This document shows, piece by piece, positions 61,536 through 64,000 of a DNA stretch of 64,000 nucleotides (its first letter is position 1; each line of letters opens with the position of its first letter). The stretch spans positions 1,674,001 through 1,738,000 of the forward strand of contig NC_047068.1 in assembly GCF_902459465.1 (NCBI RefSeq). Reading direction: 5' to 3'. The position numbers and the translations under genes are program-made. The notes below the pieces were generated by a model. The model searched no databases, was not told where the DNA came from, and saw nothing but the letters and a program-made list of their open reading frames with translations. The stretch comes from Asterias rubens (taxonomy: Eukaryota).

Positions 61536-61620
61536 GCAAATGGCAGAATTAAAGATAGACGACGAAAAGGACACTAAAGAAGAATCAGAAGATCAGAAAC
61601 AACAGATAGAAACAGATTAT
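61536..61620 (+). CDS. STUB1: STUB1/CHIP exon 4 (charged linker)
   Basis: Acceptor TTTGTTTTTTAG; (R)QMAELKIDDEKDTKEESEDQKQQIETDY; 85 nt restores phase 0; donor GTAAGT. Position corresponds to the acidic linker exon of CHIP. Confidence 0.82.
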
Positions 61621-62042
61621 GTAAGTGAACTTTACTGTTCTATCAGATACTGCATCAGTGACTTTTTCTAGAAAAAATAACAATTGCCACATTCAAAGGA
61701 TAAATGTAAAGTTGCCATTTTTATTTTGGTGTACTTGGCAATCAGTGATGCCACAAAGGGGCTTTTCTTTAACTACCCCCCCCCCCAAAAAAAAAAAACC
61801 CACCAATACAAACAAACAAACAACAGCAACTGAAGTTTAGTTTTTTTTTAAAGATATTTCATCAATGATCGACTGAATTTTGGTGTTGGTGGCCTCGATG
61901 GTTCTAAGCATACAAGAGAGATCCCGTAATGAGTGAAGCAAATGTAACTGACAAAGTACTGGTGTAATTTGCTCTAACCGATGTATTCAGTAACATTTCT
62001 GGCAGCAGCGTTTTGTATCCATAAAGTTGTTCACCCCGGAAG

Positions 62043-62310
62043 TAGCAGTTTCAGCAACATTACCATGTACCTTAACTTGATTCATAGAGACTAAGCAAAC
62101 CAGAAATAGCAGTTTCAGCAACATAACCATACCTTAACTTGATTCATAAAGACTAAGCAAACCAGAAATAGCAGTTTCAGCAACATTACCAAAGCTAAGC
62201 TATACCTTCTCTTTATTCAAAGATATTAAGTACACAAGAAGCCTGTTGTTTCAGCAACATTACCAAAAGTTATACATGTACCTTATCTTGATTCATAGAG
62301 ATTAATCACA
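62043..62310. repeat. ~63-bp degenerate tandem repeat in STUB1 intron 4
   Basis: TAGCAGTTTCAGCAACATTACC...CCTTAACTTGATTCATA units starting at about 62043, 62107, 62169 and 62246. Confidence 0.85.
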
Positions 62311-62620
62311 CCACATACATGTGTACGCGGGTAACGCCATCACGCCACAGTTTTATTGTCGTTCCATGTTTAATGGAATACACAACAGGAAGCAGCTGAC
62401 ACAAGTAGCAACAACATCACCAAGTGACACTAAGGTCTGGACCATTGAGTACTTCCCCATGTCCAGATTGACACCTAAGGGTTGAATTCTAAACATTGTA
62501 TAATGAGTTAATGTATAGCAATGCTGCTTGCTTGTTGTATATTAAGCACTAGAGAGTGGAACCAGATGGCATTGTAATGAGTTACGTAGACAGTCTGTAG
62601 TATAATTGTGGTGGTTCAGT

Positions 62621-62992
62621 TTAAAGGCAGTGGACACTGTTGGTAATTACTCAAAATAATTATTAGCACAAACACTTACTTTGCAACGAGTAGGCCTAAT
62701 GGGGAGAGGTTGATAGTATAAAACGTTGTGAAATAACGTAGTTTTCCAGAAAGAAGTAATTTTTCATGAATTTAATTTCGAAACCTCAGATTTAGAATTT
62801 GAGGTCTCGAAATCAAGCATCTGAAAGCAAACAACTTCGTGTGACAATGGTATTTCTTCTTTCATAGTTATCTCGCAACTTCAACAACAGATTGGGCTCA
62901 AATTTTCACAGGTTTGTTATTTTATGATGTTGAGATAAACCAAGTGAGAATACTGGTCTTTGACAATTACCAATAGTGTCCAGTGTCTATAA
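62621..62992 (+). mobile_element. Kolobok-like MITE family A in STUB1 intron 4
   Basis: TTAAAGGCAGTGGACAC ... GTGTCCAGTGTCTATAA. Confidence 0.9.
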
Positions 62993-63146
62993 AGGCAAAG
63001 TATGGGTATACCTTTAGTTTTTTCTTCAACTGTCTGATTGTTTGTCCTATGTAAAAGTAGATTAACCTTAATGTAGATGTACACATTGAAACTAATATAA
63101 AAATTTCTGCACCCCAAACGAAGATATTGACAAAATAGGGATATCG

Positions 63147-63225
63147 CCAACTTAGGGCTAGATAGCTCAGTTGGTAGAGCACTGGAGATCGTTTATTCAA
63201 ATCCCACTCTAGTCAATTCTCTGTT
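63147..63225 (+). mobile_element. Degenerate tRNA-derived SINE head
   Basis: GGCTAGATAGCTCAGTTGGTAGAGCAC (A-box) ... TTCAAATCCC (degenerate B-box); anticodon arm deleted. A related fragment lies on the minus strand at about 16295-16345. Confidence 0.5.
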
Positions 63226-63772
63226 CAACCTCAAAAATCATCTGAAAATTTCATTACAAAATGTGGTCGCGTTTTTGAGATATCGCCAAAAATTTGGTGC
63301 AAATATGTCCATGCAGGAAGAATTATCCCTAATTATATAGGAATACATAATTTGAGGAGCGTAATTTAGGCCGACAGTAACGCTTCTCGGATTCAAATTC
63401 GGGGATATAATTAATTTGCTTAAACATATCAGAGGCTTCTGTAGGCTTACCATTTGTTATTGCCATTAATTTTAAGAGAGATTACCAAACATATAAATAG
63501 ACCCTACCATCTCTTTTGATGGCCTGCTTCCTGAACTTAACATCTGAAAATGCTCTGTTTTAATAATGTTTTTACCGTTGGAACTTCAAAGAAACCTGTA
63601 AATATGTTGAAAGTACATTATGTCATTGACATGTACATTTAACTTAATGACATTTGCATACAAGATAAAGTGCTTGTTGATGCAACATTCTGCATGTGTT
63701 TCTTACTTTTCATTCTAATACAGGTTCGTTACTCCGCATTTTATAAGTAAGAAATTCTTTGTAACATTTCAG

Positions 63773-64000
63773 TTAAAGCCATTATACACTTTCGGTAAAC
63801 AGTACTGTCCAAGTCCCACACCTTATATATAAAATAACAAACCTGTGAAAATTTAGGCTCAATCGGTCATTGGAGTCGGGAGAAAATAACGGGAAAACCC
63901 ACTCTTGTTTCCGCACGTTTCGCCGTGTCATGACATGTGTTTAAAATAAATCCGTAATTCTCGCTATCGAGAATTGATATTGTTTTAATGTTATCTCAAA
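63773..64000. mobile_element. Kolobok-like MITE family D, running off the window end
   Basis: TTAA|AGCCATTATACACTTTCGGTAAACAG and shares AATAACAAACCTGTGAAAATTT with family A. Mutually similar fragments at about 8245-8470 and 21285-21410 may be internal parts of this or a related family. Confidence 0.7.

Noticed and set aside
1714-62992. Dozens of 60-110 aa ORFs such as ...CFQMLDFETS..., ...LCAFRCLISRPQIL..., ...KNYVTSEGAVSHN...
   Set aside because: They are translations of the repeated family A MITE in different frames, not genes.
61621-64000. STUB1 exon 5 and U-box exons
   Set aside because: No DKYMADMD- or KRDIPDYLCGKISF-like sequence was found in the window; presumably downstream.

Overview
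AT-rich, repeat-dense animal genomic DNA. The gene content and transposon types suggest a deuterostome invertebrate, probably an echinoderm such as a starfish (inference, not shown directly). Two protein-coding genes are well supported. (1) An intronless rhodopsin-class GPCR of the somatostatin/allatostatin-C receptor family on the minus strand (43341-44597). (2) The first four coding exons of STUB1/CHIP on the plus strand (56713-61620), covering the TPR and helical regions; the U-box exons were not found and probably lie beyond the window. The rest is intergenic or intronic and packed with non-autonomous elements: about 20 copies of one TTAA-flanked Kolobok-like MITE, several other TTAA families, Harbinger-like MITEs with CWG target duplications, tRNA-derived SINEs, LINE 3' fragments, Penelope-type hammerhead-like motifs and minisatellites. 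The most unusual items are: (a) a highly structured ~240-270 bp tRNA-cored element that carries a conserved leader upstream of its Pol III boxes, forms a head-to-tail tandem array, and shows a twin-priming-like inverted copy and a possible partner LINE tail; (b) two independent Harbinger-like insertions at the same CWG inside the Kolobok MITE terminus; (c) a divergent minus-strand exon with a consensus donor at the STUB1 promoter that could belong to the GPCR transcript or to an unannotated gene; (d) an opioid-receptor-like TM3 signature in the SSTR-type receptor. Almost all short ORFs in the supplied track are repeat-derived or random. Coordinates were counted by hand and repeat boundaries are approximate.
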